From NCBI GenBank assembly GCA_051294905.1, contig CM119372.1, forward strand, positions 29,390,001 to 29,454,000: a stretch of DNA of 64,000 nt, read 5' to 3'. Below, piece by piece: positions 23,720-35,862 of this stretch. Position numbers and translations under genes: made by a program. The stretch comes from Botryllus schlosseri. Its lineage: Eukaryota. The notes under the pieces are model-generated. The model was not told where the DNA came from. It saw nothing but the letters and a program-made list of their open reading frames with translations, and made no database searches. Every line of letters begins with the position of its first letter. Position 1 is the first letter of the stretch.

Positions 23720-26237
23720 CAGACATGGGGTGATTACTTCACGAATGTAATCGATTGCGATTACGATTACTTGTGATTCCCACGATTACGATTACGATTA
23801 CAGCAAAATCAGGAAGTAGTCGATTACGATTACGATTACATTTCAAAAGTAATCACGATTACTCACGATTACATTTGTTTTGCTTCTTAAAACTAATTTC
23901 AGAAGAGATATTGGAAGACAATATAAGGCTTGCGATGAAAAGGTCTAATGAGATAACAACTTTACTTATAAATTATACGTCATTTGCTTGTTAGGTCATA
24001 ATGCACCCATTGCCTAACTCTATACAGGATTATTCGTCGCACCCAACGATTTGCATTCTTGCCAGGTCCGTAACTGCCACACCCCAAACTCCCCAATAGG
24101 ACCGGGAGCGAGCTCTAAGGGGACTTAAAAGTATTTCGTAGATCAACACAAATTGTTATAGAGTATTTTCAAGACAGTTAATTAACTTGAAAATTTTCTT
24201 CGAGCTTCGGGATTTATTGTCTCTAAATAGCTTGATTTTGAAATACATACCTCTCCCTCTCAAGAAAAAAAGCAAGCATAATTTATAGGAATAGACATTT
24301 CGTGGGCGGTCATTACCCCACCACGACACACCGAAAGACGTATGCAATTTCGGCCAACATGCAACTCCACAAAGTGTGCTACCATAGAATGACCTTTGTG
24401 CCAAAACTTTGGGTATGTGTCCATTGTCAGTAGCCGCGCTCTGTGGTCGTGACGAATAGTCCGGTCCTTCCAAACTGAGCCCCAACAATGCAAATGCCAC
24501 CCGGGGCACTCACAGAGGAATAAAGACATGACAATTTGTGTGTGCGTCCCACGAAAGTTTTTTTATTAGTCTGCGGCGTTTGGGTGACTTCAGTATCTTT
24601 TGATTATATAAAAGGCGGGCGGTCACTAATTAACAACATTCAATGAAGTAATTATAACAACATACTAGATGCTATAATTATGAATTACGTGCCCCAGCTC
24701 TACCGGTAAATCTGAATGAATAGCAACATGATGCAATTACCAATATTATTGACGAAATTCAGTTATCAACTTGAAAACTGACCACCCTATGGGGCCCCAA
24801 TACCAGGGGTTGTAATGACTCGAGTCGCGACATTTTGGTGACTAGACTTGACTCGAGTCATTTTTTCAAATGCGTAAATAGACTCGACTCGAGTCCATTT
24901 TTGTATTGACTCGACTTGCACTCGAGTCATTTTGTATGACTCGAGAATAGAACGGCCAAGACAGACATTTCATGTAACTTCGAAGAATAGTAAAGTTACC
25001 ACATTATTTGTATTTCGTCTATCAGTCCTGATACTTGGAAATAGGGCCGTAAACTGTGAAAACTGATGAAAATTACTACATGATGAATACGAGCCATTCT
25101 ATATCACTCGAGCAGAGTTGAAAAAAGTGGGTTAAACCGGATTGACATGAAAACTGATCTGTGAACATAACGACTTGGACTCGTAGGCCTACTCGAGTCA
25201 AACACTATGACTGGGACTCGTCCCTATACTAGCTGGCTTGGACTTGGGTGAATTGAAAATGACTCGACTTGACTCGAGTCAAAACTATAAAAGTGAGATT
25301 GACTTGTGACTTGGCACATTGTGACTTGGTTACAACCCTACCAATACTAACGTTGAGAGTGGGGGACGAATTGCTGCTTTGGTCCTGATTGTGCCTACTA
25401 CCCACGCTAACATGGTGTATAAGCGGATGGCTATGGCGAAGGTATAAATGTCGAGTGAAGAATTGTGACATAACGATTGGCGCCCGTTTCATGTAGAGTC
25501 ATATGAGAATAAGATAAAGTGAGCTTAAAATTCTTACACTTCAAACCGATACTGAAAGCTGCCGTTACGAGAAACAGCAAAGAACGGCTCGGTTATGATA
25601 TATATCAGCAGCTGGTGATTTTAACCATCGTAATGTTTTATTTGACGAGTACAAAATTTCAAATCTTTGTCCGGTGTACGTACAATACATACGTATACTA
25701 CATAGATAGGCCTACTGCTCGCCAAGCATCAACGGTCAAACTGCGTTCAACTGAGAATAAGTTACTATTTGGAACTAGGCAGAGTGGTGATTATTATCTT
25801 GCTGCGAGGTAGTGACGTCTTGAGTGTATTGATAACCTGATATACAGCATGGCTTACACTCTTCTAACAATCACACAACAATGTACAGCGAATATATATT
25901 TACTACATGTGGATACTTCTTACGCAAGGACGAGCAAGGCTAATACTTCTGACGTAATAATGAGCAGTGGCGTTTGAAAATCAACCGTTTGCGCTATCCA
26001 TAACCTGGTATAACATCTCTTCCTTGTTCACGAATATTCGGTCATGTCATACTCATTGTGCAAATAAAAAGTAATCGTTCTTTCACTAATAAATCGATTA
26101 GATATGTGAAGTAGTCGATTACGATTACGATTACTTTGGATTTTTTTCGAATGTAATCGATTGCGATTACGATTACTTGAAAATGCTGTAATCGTCGTAA
26201 TCGATTACGATTACTAATCACGATTACCCCATGTCTG
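23720..26237. mobile_element. Non-autonomous hAT element with GATTAC arrays, hosting nested insertions
   Basis: TIRs CAGACATGGGGT / ACCCCATGTCTG; perfect TSD ACTCAGAA (23712-23719, 26238-26245). Confidence 0.85.
24804..25340. mobile_element. GACTCGAGTC-array hAT MITE (family 1), nested
   Basis: Ends ..GGGTTGTAATGACTC / GTTACAACCCTA with flanking CCAATAC repeats; collinear with 39601-40201. Confidence 0.78.
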
Positions 26238-26648
26238 ACTCAGAATTGCCTCGCGGGTCGGATTAAATCGTCTGGCGGACCGGCTGTTTGACACCCCTGA
26301 TCTCGAGCTAAAGCCTGTGATGTCATTATTAGGAGCAATGAGGCTCATGAGTCCGACATTTCTTCTGTCAGTATGATATGTATCCCAATATTCCTTGTTC
26401 AATGTATGCCTTGTTCAACTCAGATTTTACCATAGTCAATAGTTCATGTAAACCTAAAATAATTGAGTGATCGTCCCTTTACGAAGCAATCGACTATATT
26501 TGCAAAACAATCGATTACGATTAATTTGTATTAATTTTCAAATGCGATCGATTACGAAAATAAATGCATGAAAATGTTGTTACCCCATAGTCTATAGTCG
26601 ATATGCTTCAATGTTATTGCTCAATCTGGCACTTACAGTCACGGTTTA

Positions 26649-27524
26649 GGGGAAGGTGGGGCACAATGGATACAGCGACACGATGGTACATCGTGAATAT
26701 TTTAAAACCTCTTCAGGAAGAATATACATCGCTTCGATGATTTAGTAGTCATTTCAGCCGTAACTCTTATGTGGTTTGATTTCGCCAATGTCGCTGCCTT
26801 TGTCAGAAAATGTCAAGTACCTTAATTTTACATCGCTACCTTTCGATCATGTTTTAGAAGCGTACATGCCGTTTGTTCTGCTTGAAATTAGTACACAGCT
26901 TAGTCGAATCAGTTAGTAGTCGCCCTGTATGCTATTTTAGGTGCAGGATTGCGGTTTCAACATTTTTTGCACTGAAGGAGTGCTATGGGGCACATTGGGA
27001 CAATTTGCTTAGGGCACAATGGCCTATTGATATTCAAAGGCATACTTTACAAAATATATAAACATCGAAAAAAGAGCGCGCAGAAACAAGACCGTCACCA
27101 ACACGTCTACAAAAACATATTTTGAAGTGTCACGGAATAAGTCGAGCGCATTAAGGTTCATTTACCACCACTTATAATCAATGTGGATCGACGAGCCGGC
27201 AGCGATCTTCATGCAAGTTTCATTACGATTCCAAACTTCGGGATGTAAGCTAAAACTGGTCTTGGACACCTGTTGATCCATCATTTCTCAGGTTCTTGAT
27301 AACTGATGCAGTGTTAATATTACTGTCCCCTTTTCCTCCACCGCGCGTCCCATTGTACCACGCCTATGGGGCATAATGGGACACAAAAGAAACGTCTTTC
27401 AAGTGGCTGTGCTTTCGATATCGATATTCATCCACCGTTTTGCTCAAGTTCATTGGTATTTCTGAATTAGTAATTTTTTTAGGACTGAAAATGTGATTTT
27501 TGGCCATCTGTGCCCACCTCCCCC
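26649..27524. mobile_element. Tc1/mariner-pogo-type non-autonomous element
   Basis: Termini GGGGAAGGTGGGGCACA / TGTGCCCACCTCCCCC flanked by TA on both sides, with internal GGGGCACATTGGGACA motifs. Confidence 0.68.
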
Positions 27525-28243
27525 TACTTTCTAAAATGCTGAATTATCACCGACAGAAAAGGTTTAATACATAGTTCCAATTGCAGTTTGGTGTCTCCGG
27601 CTTCGAAAAGGGGACGAGAGATCTAATAAGGTAGTAGTCTAATAGTTCCTACTCGTGTACTTGTGTACAGTCAAGAATTCCCCGCCATCTCATACTGATT
27701 AAGTATCCCGAATCCCGAATAAATTGAGAAGAAGGGGTAATGGCACACATTTATCAAACTCTTCCGCACCGACATTGAATCGTTGTATAAATTTTTCGAA
27801 GAGGTAATTAAATTATCGTAGATCCGTTTCCGCGACCAAAAGCATATTAGTTTGCATTTGTCTCTTTTAGGCGATTTTGACTGACTAAAAATAGTATCAA
27901 TTTTTCGGGAACTCATTTTCTCTACTGCAATGATTGCACATCTGACAATAGAATTATGCGTATTCAAACTAGAGACAGCTTAGGTTTCATCATTCTGCTG
28001 TTATTTTCAAAGGTAAAAATAAGTCTACTCGGGCATCTGAAATCCTAGTGGCAATGTATCTTATTAATTTAGAATATATTTCAACATAAACTAAATTATA
28101 GAGAAATGTTCATTTGGTATAATTAGTACACTATACAAGTCAAAGACAAAAGGGTGAGAAGAGACCAGAGGGAGCTGTTCCATTTTGTTATTAAAATAGG
28201 CCTTATTATTCTACCCACTTGACCAATCTATATAATACTATGT

Positions 28244-28917
28244 CAGGGGTTACCAACCTTTCCGGACAGAGGGTCGCAGGCGATATACTAATCATTGCAC
28301 GGGCCACTTGGATGTTGATGATCTTTTCAGTGGTCCGATAGGAGTGAACCGGATTAGGTAACAGTGAAAACAAGATTTATCTTACTACGCATCAAAATCG
28401 GTAACTATTATTTAATGGATACTCCTAGCCACGCGAAGGGAGAAAACTTTCAAAGGTGATGAATGAATTCGGTCAATAAAATTGTTACTTGCAGATATTG
28501 CGGGTCGCCTCGGTTTACCGCTGTGCTCATTTGGCAATGACAGGATCATTCGGAGCTTAGACATATCAATAATAGAGGTTTCGGCGAATATACGTCTATC
28601 ATTTTGAGCAAAGCTTATGTCGTCGACGAAATTTCTACCAGTGCAGACGGGAAGTCGCATGTTGGACGACACGTTCTCTCATAAAAGCGAATATAGTCAG
28701 ACCTAATTCTGTATTCTTGGCATATTTGGGGATACTTATGCTATGATATCTTAGTCATCTACATCCCAAATTTTGCGATCAGGCTAATCAACTATTTTGT
28801 TTGCCTTTGCAAGTTCATAATGAATTATCTGGGTCATTAAAAAAATATATATATTACTAGTTTCAAGCTCGCAGGCCACCCCAAACTTTCTCGCGGGCCA
28901 TGGGTTGACCGCCCCTA
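28244..28917. mobile_element. hAT (Charlie-type) MITE
   Basis: CAGGGGTTACCAACC / GGTTGACCGCCCCTA; TSD TACTATGT/TATTATGT. Confidence 0.72.
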
Positions 28918-30122
28918 TATTATGTGGTTTAAAATTATACACAGACCCGATTTGCAAGTTGGAGCTGTAACAGAATAGTACCCGTTTTCTGCTGCGACGC
29001 CCTATATTTTAAAACAATGCACATGAGTAGGCTACAGGCCCTAGCCTGTAGGCACCGCGCGGCACCACTAAGTGTCCAGAACATGAGCTTTAAATCTTTC
29101 ATCCTTAGCGCACTCATCAGAATCTTTCGTCGTCTTGTGTTCTCATTTATCGTGGATTTCACGAAACGCGATTTGATAAAAGTCGTTGCCCGGTCAGACT
29201 TTTCGGATTCGGACCTGACTATTGAAAGTATTCCTATCTTTTCGGGCTCGGAATGAACTAACGTTGGAAATATCATGCATGCATGGAAATCAATGGGTAC
29301 CCACTTTTAAAATGTTCAACAACCCCTGTAATAAGCTTGCCTTATCTTTTCTGTGACTACTGATCTAAGCCAACCTAAATTATTACCTAAAATAACCCCC
29401 CTAAACTAAAATACCATAAAAATTAACTCAACCATAAACCACCCACCAACCTTTTCAAACTAATTCACAATGCTCGTGTGCCGAACGATCGGTAATAAAA
29501 GTGACATTCTCCAATTTACATCCTTCCACATTTTACAACAATATTTTAAAAAATCGGCTAACGAGTCCATGCATGTCGATTTATTCATAGAGAATTATTC
29601 ATTAAGAAGATGCGCCTTTGATTAAAAATCATTAATTCTCAATAAAATTTTGAATTGCAGGTAAAGCTGAGAGGTCCGATATCTGATTTAGTTCGTCACG
29701 GCGCCATGGCTTCTTTCATGCTTCGGGGTGAACTAAAAAGGATTGAAAAGACGTTTATGGGTCAAGAATATGAACACTGGATATCTACTAAATGTCGATT
29801 CGATGGAGCGATGGTATTTTCGATTGAAATAAAAGAAATGAAATATTGCCTTCGTGTTTCATCGACATTGTGGTGGGGTGGAGAAAGAGACTCTTTCAGC
29901 CTCTGCTGGGTGTGGACTTTACACGGCGGATCAGTGCTCAATGATCTGCAAGATGGTTTTATTCCAGATCACCTTCAAGCTGCCCGGCTTGGAACCGGCA
30001 CTGTTTTGCTCACCACCGGCAAGGATGCAGAGGAGACAGCCATTGAGGTGTAACTACTAAGGTCGCTCTTAGTATCCTTTGGTCGAATTGGTTTTTTGTT
30101 CTCGGGTGACGAGTATGGATAA

Positions 30123-31500
30123 CAGTATTGTGATCAAGTCACTACATTCGAGTCACGAGTCATCTCGAGTCATTGCAGATTTTGACTCGAGTCAAGTCAA
30201 GTCACTCGATTTTCAAAGGTGATTCGAATCAAGTCAAGTCATCCGATTTTTGAAGGTGACTCGAGTCATGTCGAGTCAAGTCACGTCACGTCACGAGTCA
30301 AATCACTATAGTCGAGTCAAGTTGAATTTTCAAAGTACGATACGTGATTCAAGGTCATTGCATTTTGCTAACTGTTTTAAATACAGATGGGATTCCCATT
30401 TATTCTGAATCGAGGAACGAATAAAGAGTTGATTATACACGCAAGAAGGCGTTCTCTCGCTCATGCATACGTATAGAAATGTCAAACTACGCAAGCATAG
30501 CGGTATGGCCTCAGTCTATATCAGGGGTGGGAAAACTACGACTTGCGAGCCGCATGCTGATCTTTGAGTCTTTGATTGCGGCTCTTCAATGAGTTTGCAA
30601 TGTGCATTCGGTGATAATGAACGTAAGCCACTGTGCCTTTTCCGCCAAGATTCGCCCAATAATAATCACAAAGCTAGAATTTAAACCTCATTACGAAAAC
30701 AAACACCAAAACCTTAATTGCCAAGAGTTACCAAAAAATACATATTTACGGAGTATTATGATTACCGAGGTCCGCACTGTTTGAAGTCGATCAGTTCGAT
30801 TTCAAACACCTTGCAGCCTAGGTGGAGACGCATCGTCTTATACCACACAATAATAAACTTCATTCGATACCCAGCATTTCCTTGTGACGGAATAAATTAG
30901 TATATATAAATTTTTGTGTTGTGACTCTTTTAAGGCAAGGATTTTTGATATGCGGCTCGCGCGTGAACCAGCTCTGCCCACCCCTGATCCATAATTATTA
31001 GCCAAAATATAGGATAGCATATGAAGCATCAGAGAGTTCAATAAAATGATATGGAGCAATACCCTACTGGGGCCTACGACCCTACCCACATATATATATC
31101 CATGATATACAATTATAAACGTATGGACGATATTCGTTCGATTTATACAAGCAAGGGGGTTGGTTGAGGTGTGCAAGTTTACGAAAACGTAAGCTATAAG
31201 CTCCGATCACTGCGTTAACGATCAATTCATTAGTGATGCAACAATGCAGGCTCGGCACACTCAGTGAGTGATCGATCAACAATCCGAACTTATACAGGAT
31301 ACGGCGATCTAGTCGACATCGATTACTTGTTGACTTGAAATTGACTCGTAAATTTTGCTTTGAGTCACGAGTCAATCTGCATTTTTGAAGCGTCGAGTCA
31401 AGTCATTTTTGCAAAGTGACGCGAGTCAAGTCAAGTCATACGAAAAAGGTGACTCGAGTCTGACTCGAGTCAAGTCATGACTCGAGTCATCCCAACACTG
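30123..31500. mobile_element. GACTCGAGTC-array hAT MITE (family 2) in the terminal exon of copy A, with a nested Charlie MITE (30522-30986)
   Basis: TIRs CAGTATTGTGAT / ATCCCAACACTG; TSD ATGGATAA/ATGGATGA; reverse homologue of 42540-43444 and 61891-62804. Confidence 0.85.
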
Positions 31501-31518
31501 ATGGATGATATGATACAT
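31487..31518 (-). CDS. Copy A exon 6 (terminal coding part, DVSYHPSVLG*; stop supplied by the MITE)
   Basis: Acceptor ATATTCAG at 31519-31526 in compatible phase 1; homologous to the copy B terminal exon starting at 4240. Confidence 0.5.
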
Positions 31519-31556
31519 CTGAATATTTGACCTATTGGACTCATCTGACCGACCGG

Positions 31557-31936
31557 TGTAGGACGCCCTGAGCCCTCTCACGGTTCATACACTTTGTAAG
31601 ATACAATATCATTATAGTACATCGCCCACATCTGTATATCACGTGACTTAGATCTTTCTTCTCGCTACCACGTGACTTACCATTTATCAGCTCGTGCATT
31701 TCAATTACAAACCAGACTCATCTGCGATATCCTACTGTATATTCCATGCATATTCGACCAATATATCTATCTGAGGCAATCCTGTCGTTGCATTCACGTT
31801 GAAGTTGTCAGATCAAGGACTTAACGCAGGAACGTGCGTCTTACTACCCACGAGCTAAGTATATCCACCCAGCCACACATTACGTGGGACTCAGGTTACA
31901 ACTCTAGCACGTTATCAGACGACACATCCTTCTGCA
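31557..31936. mobile_element. Probable solo LTR (380 bp)
   Basis: TG...CA termini (TGTAGGA...TTCTGCA) flanked by a CCGG 4-bp direct repeat; absent from the equivalent copy B intron. Confidence 0.5.
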
Positions 31937-32479
31937 CCGGTAAGCTCCATAGCTAGTTTTAGTCACGCCGAAACCATCCCATAAATCGCTTATACGATTC
32001 TTAACCGGTCATCACTAAGGTCTTGATCGAACAAATAGCCTATGTGAGCTATTTTCAATGAAAAGTCGTATTTTTCATGATTCCAAGACTTATTTGCCTA
32101 GCGGACTCAGATTCTTGGTTATTGCGAGACTGTACCCTGATTTGCATATATTCGTGGCATTTGCACCCATTTTCAATTTTCCTGCCTCTTTGAAATGAAC
32201 TACAAGGCGATAAGATTTGAAGTTGGGTTTTATTGCTATATATTTCGAAATGAACCCGGGATTGAGATTTGAAAATGCATTCTAATCTCAAAATCGGCAT
32301 AGGATATGAGCTAAGAAGGTAATTAGGAATGAATGATTGAATTGACTGTGGCTGCGGATCTAACCGTACAGGTCCGTGTATACAAATGAATTATAAGATA
32401 AGTTCGAAGTGTGTACAAACGTATATTTCATGTGTTATTTTAACAACCAATTTTCGCCCAAATATACTTATAGATTTAC

Positions 32480-32767
32480 CTGTTATGTTAATAAAGGTGA
32501 CATATCCTCTCGACGGGCTGAAAATGTCATTGGCGGCGGAGCATTTATACTTCGCAGAGTCTTCCAGGGTGGCGCTTTTGATGATTAGTGTTGCCTTCCC
32601 TGGCTCAATTTTTTGAAGAGGTTCTTTCCAAATATTGTCCGTGGGTACGCCGTCCTGTCTCTGCCATTTGACGTTGACAGTCGAAACTCCAGATCCAGTA
32701 CATTCGATCTCAATCGTATCTCCGACTGTGTAATCCTTTCTACTGTTCGACAGAGCGAGAGGGAAAA
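32480..32767 (-). CDS. Copy A exon 5: immunoglobulin (I-set/C2-like) domain
   Basis: 288-nt phase 1-1 exon, CAG/GTAAAT flanked: FPLALSNSRKDYTVGDTIEIECTGSGVSTVNVKWQRQDG...ATLIIKSATLEDSAKYKCSAAN...FINIT (B-strand C, C-strand W, D-x-A-x-Y-x-C). Confidence 0.9.
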
Positions 32768-33119
32768 CTGCGTGTAATTGAGAACAATATGTTAAGCAGC
32801 GTCATAAAACTAAATAGGTATATGTGATTGGCCGAGAGAAACCATCGATACTGGTAATCGGCGTGTGTATCACAGAACTTCCAATTTTTCAAAACCAGAC
32901 TTGTTGCCTAGTTGAAGTATCCAGATATATTTTGTCGTCATGACATACTTGCTTACTAACGAAGCTCGCATATCACTTCAACATATATACTAGAGTCTAG
33001 ACCAGTGGTTCTCAACGTTGGCGATATTGCCCGCAGGGGGCGATTTGGCAGTCTAGGGGGGCGAAAATAACGAAGGGGGCGATAAGGGCGATAGCGCGTT
33101 AAGACGGCTATATTGGAGT

Positions 33120-33700
33120 CGGGACCGTAACAACCACACCCCAAAATTAGGGGCAAAAATTATATCGTGAATTAACAAAAATTGTAGTGTAATTTTTTAG
33201 AAATTCGTACAATTTTTTCCAAAGATTTTTGCGCTGCGCGCGATTTTATATTTTCATATATCTTGACTTTGTGGTACCCGTCCCCCAACAAAAATACGCA
33301 TGATTTATGGAAATGTAAGACTTCGGCGTCAGCCATTACTACGCCACGACGCACCAAGACATATGAAGTTAGAGGTCATGTAACATGCGACTCCGAGAAG
33401 TGTGCCAGAACGATCAGCAACGAGAAGACCTTGGCCGAAAAGGAATGCCCTTGTGCTGACCGAAAACTAAGATATGTATTCTTATACATATATGTTTAAT
33501 TGTCCATATGCGCCTCAATGGCTGGCATCGAATGTTCCTGTCCTAGCGACCTTAACCCTACAGGACAAATGCCATCCCGCAAAGAAAAAAATATTTACCA
33601 GTTAAGAAATACCAATTTGAAATCATGTGCGTCTCTTAGTTTGTCACGTTTTTGACGATTTCCATATCTGCTGATATAGCAGATATAGGAGGTCACGAGA
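33120..33700. repeat. Dispersed repeat family (reverse copy about 54760-55373; partial copies about 24060, 37410, 49848-50215)
   Basis: Long collinear similarity, e.g. ATGGCTGGCATCGAATGTTCCTGTCCTAGCGACC versus the reverse complement at about 54910-54945. Confidence 0.6.
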
Positions 33701-34280
33701 TAGCATCATGTAACTAAGTCAATATAACAACGATTCCGCCGCTGGTTGCTAGTTGATTTGACCAATAGATAACAATGAATTTTGATGTGAAATTTATTCA
33801 TATGCACAAATTTGAACATTCTACCAGAGTTGGAATCACGACGGCTGGTAAACTGAATTCAGATTTGCAGTAGGCCAAGGAGTTTCTAGTTATTCTAAAT
33901 ATTCATGTGGCATCCAAGTATATATTCAGTCACATATCAGATTTAGACTTGTATTAGGAAATGATATGAAACAAACAAACTCAAATTTTTACATTGGGTT
34001 CGAATCCATGGATCAAATGCGAAGCACGATGGATTTGTGAAAATATTGAAGAAACCCATGTATGGCGACAAGGCTTGGCGGGGTTGATATAGGAAATTGA
34101 GAGTTAGTATAATGCTCGTGCCTGCACGAGTAAACATGTCTAAAGTAATCATCTCCTACCATCTTCACACACGTAACTCGTCGATCCTTCGCAGTTGTCG
34201 GCGTTTAAGCAGTTATGCGTTCCATCTACCCAGTAGCCGACCTTGGAATTCCTAAAATTAAATCGAAAGTCATGCAGTCA

Positions 34281-34313
<33 letters not shown>

Positions 34314-34314
<1 letters not shown>

Positions 34315-35423
34315 GAAGCAACCGCCCGGATATAACCGTCAAACTAAAAAAGAAAAGAGAATGCTTATTCATTGAACTGGCTGTCCCAGCTGATCACAAC
34401 CTACTGCAAAAAGAATCAGAAAAACACTCCAAATACGCAGACCTCAAAATGGAATGTGAGAAAATGTGGCGATGCAAAATAAACATTGTACCGATAGTCA
34501 TTGGCGCTGCAGGGGTCGTGAGCAAAAAACTCATGAGACATATCCAACAAATTCCGGGTAACGTTCGATTCGACATGATCCAAAAGATCACACTATTGGG
34601 CACTGTGCACATTCTTCGGAAGGCCTTGAATGCACCACTGGACTAAAATTACACTTGTGAATCACAGCATGATTTCTGTAATTTCGATTCTTCACCTTCA
34701 ATTATCTCTACCTCTGCTCTGTAACCCGTGCCAATTCTTCATCTGCTGCAATTCTGTAATCTGACTTCTCCATGTATTGCATAGGAATATCAATTTGAAT
34801 GTAGGGTACTGAAATTTTAAAAGTTTACTCCAATCTCGCCATTTTCCTTTGGGGGCAGGCTGCTCCCCGGATTATGTGTGTATTTACCAGTTTTACTGTG
34901 AATAAAGAATATAATAATAATTATAATAATAATCTACCTCTGCTCTGTAACCCATGCCAATTCTTCATCTGCTGCAATTCTGTAATCTGACTTCTCCGTG
35001 TATTGCATAGGAATAACAATTTGAATGTATTACTGAAATTTTAAAAATTTACTCCAATCTCGCCATTTTCCTTTCGGGGGCAGGTTGCTCCCCGGATTAT
35101 GTGTGTATCTACCAGTTTTTACTATGAATAAAGAAGATAATAATAATAATAACCACTGGACTAAAATTACACTTGTGAATCACAGCATAATTTCTGTAAT
35201 TTCGATTCTTCATCTTCAATCATCTGTACCTCTGCTCTGTAACCCTTGCCAATTCTTCATCTGCTGCAATTCTGTAATCTGACTTCTCCATGTATTGCAT
35301 AGGAATATCAATTTGAATGTATCACTGAAATTTTAAAAATTTACTTCAATCTCGCCATTTTCCTTTGGGGGCAGGTTGCTCCCCGGATTATGTGTGTATT
35401 TACCAGTTTTACTGTGAATAAAG
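34314..35423 (+). mobile_element. Three tandem 5'-truncated R4/Dong-like (restriction-like endonuclease) non-LTR retrotransposon copies separated by (TAA)n
   Basis: 34317-34646 reads SNRPDITV...FIELAVP...KESEKHSKYADL...WRCKINIVPIVIGAAG...QKITLLGTVHILRKAL*. The 3' UTR ending AATAAAG is repeated at about 34647-34907, 34934-35133 and 35153-35423. Confidence 0.85.
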
Positions 35424-35440
35424 AATATAATAATATAATA

Positions 35441-35862
35441 ATTTATAGAGCGCCGAATATAACAATATGTCATTACTACACTAGGGCGCTGTACATAAAA
35501 GGCAATAAAATATAAAAGTAAACGATATGTATAAAAGACGAAGTGCATATAGTTGTAGGGCGGAATGAACACTACTCTAGTTCGAACGCTCGTGTGAATA
35601 AAACGGTCTTGATTTTGCGTTTGAAAACATATAGCGAGTCACATAGTCTGATAGAAATTGGAAGATTGTTCCACAGAATGGCGGCCGAGGAAGAAAAGGT
35701 TCTCACGCCGTAGGTCGATGTTCTGACTCTTGGAACTGACAAGAGCATTTGTTACTGAGAACGTAGCGCTCTTCCGGGATTATACATTGTCACTAGCTCA
35801 CGAAGATACGCTGGTGCACTTCCCTCCATGCATTTGAAGACGTACAGAAGAAGCTTGTATTC
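35441..35862 (-). mobile_element. 5'-truncated L2/CR1-group LINE 3' end
   Basis: Translates EYKLLLYVFKCMEGSAPAYLRELV...LRS...VPRVRTSTYGVRTFSSSAAILWNNLPISIR...FKRKIKTVLF; the end GCGCTCTATAAAT runs into a (TTA)n tail. Confidence 0.85.

Noticed and set aside
29655..30053. 132-aa plus-strand ORF
   Set aside because: Antisense to the predicted 3' end of copy A; no recognisable domain and not evidently conserved in copy B.
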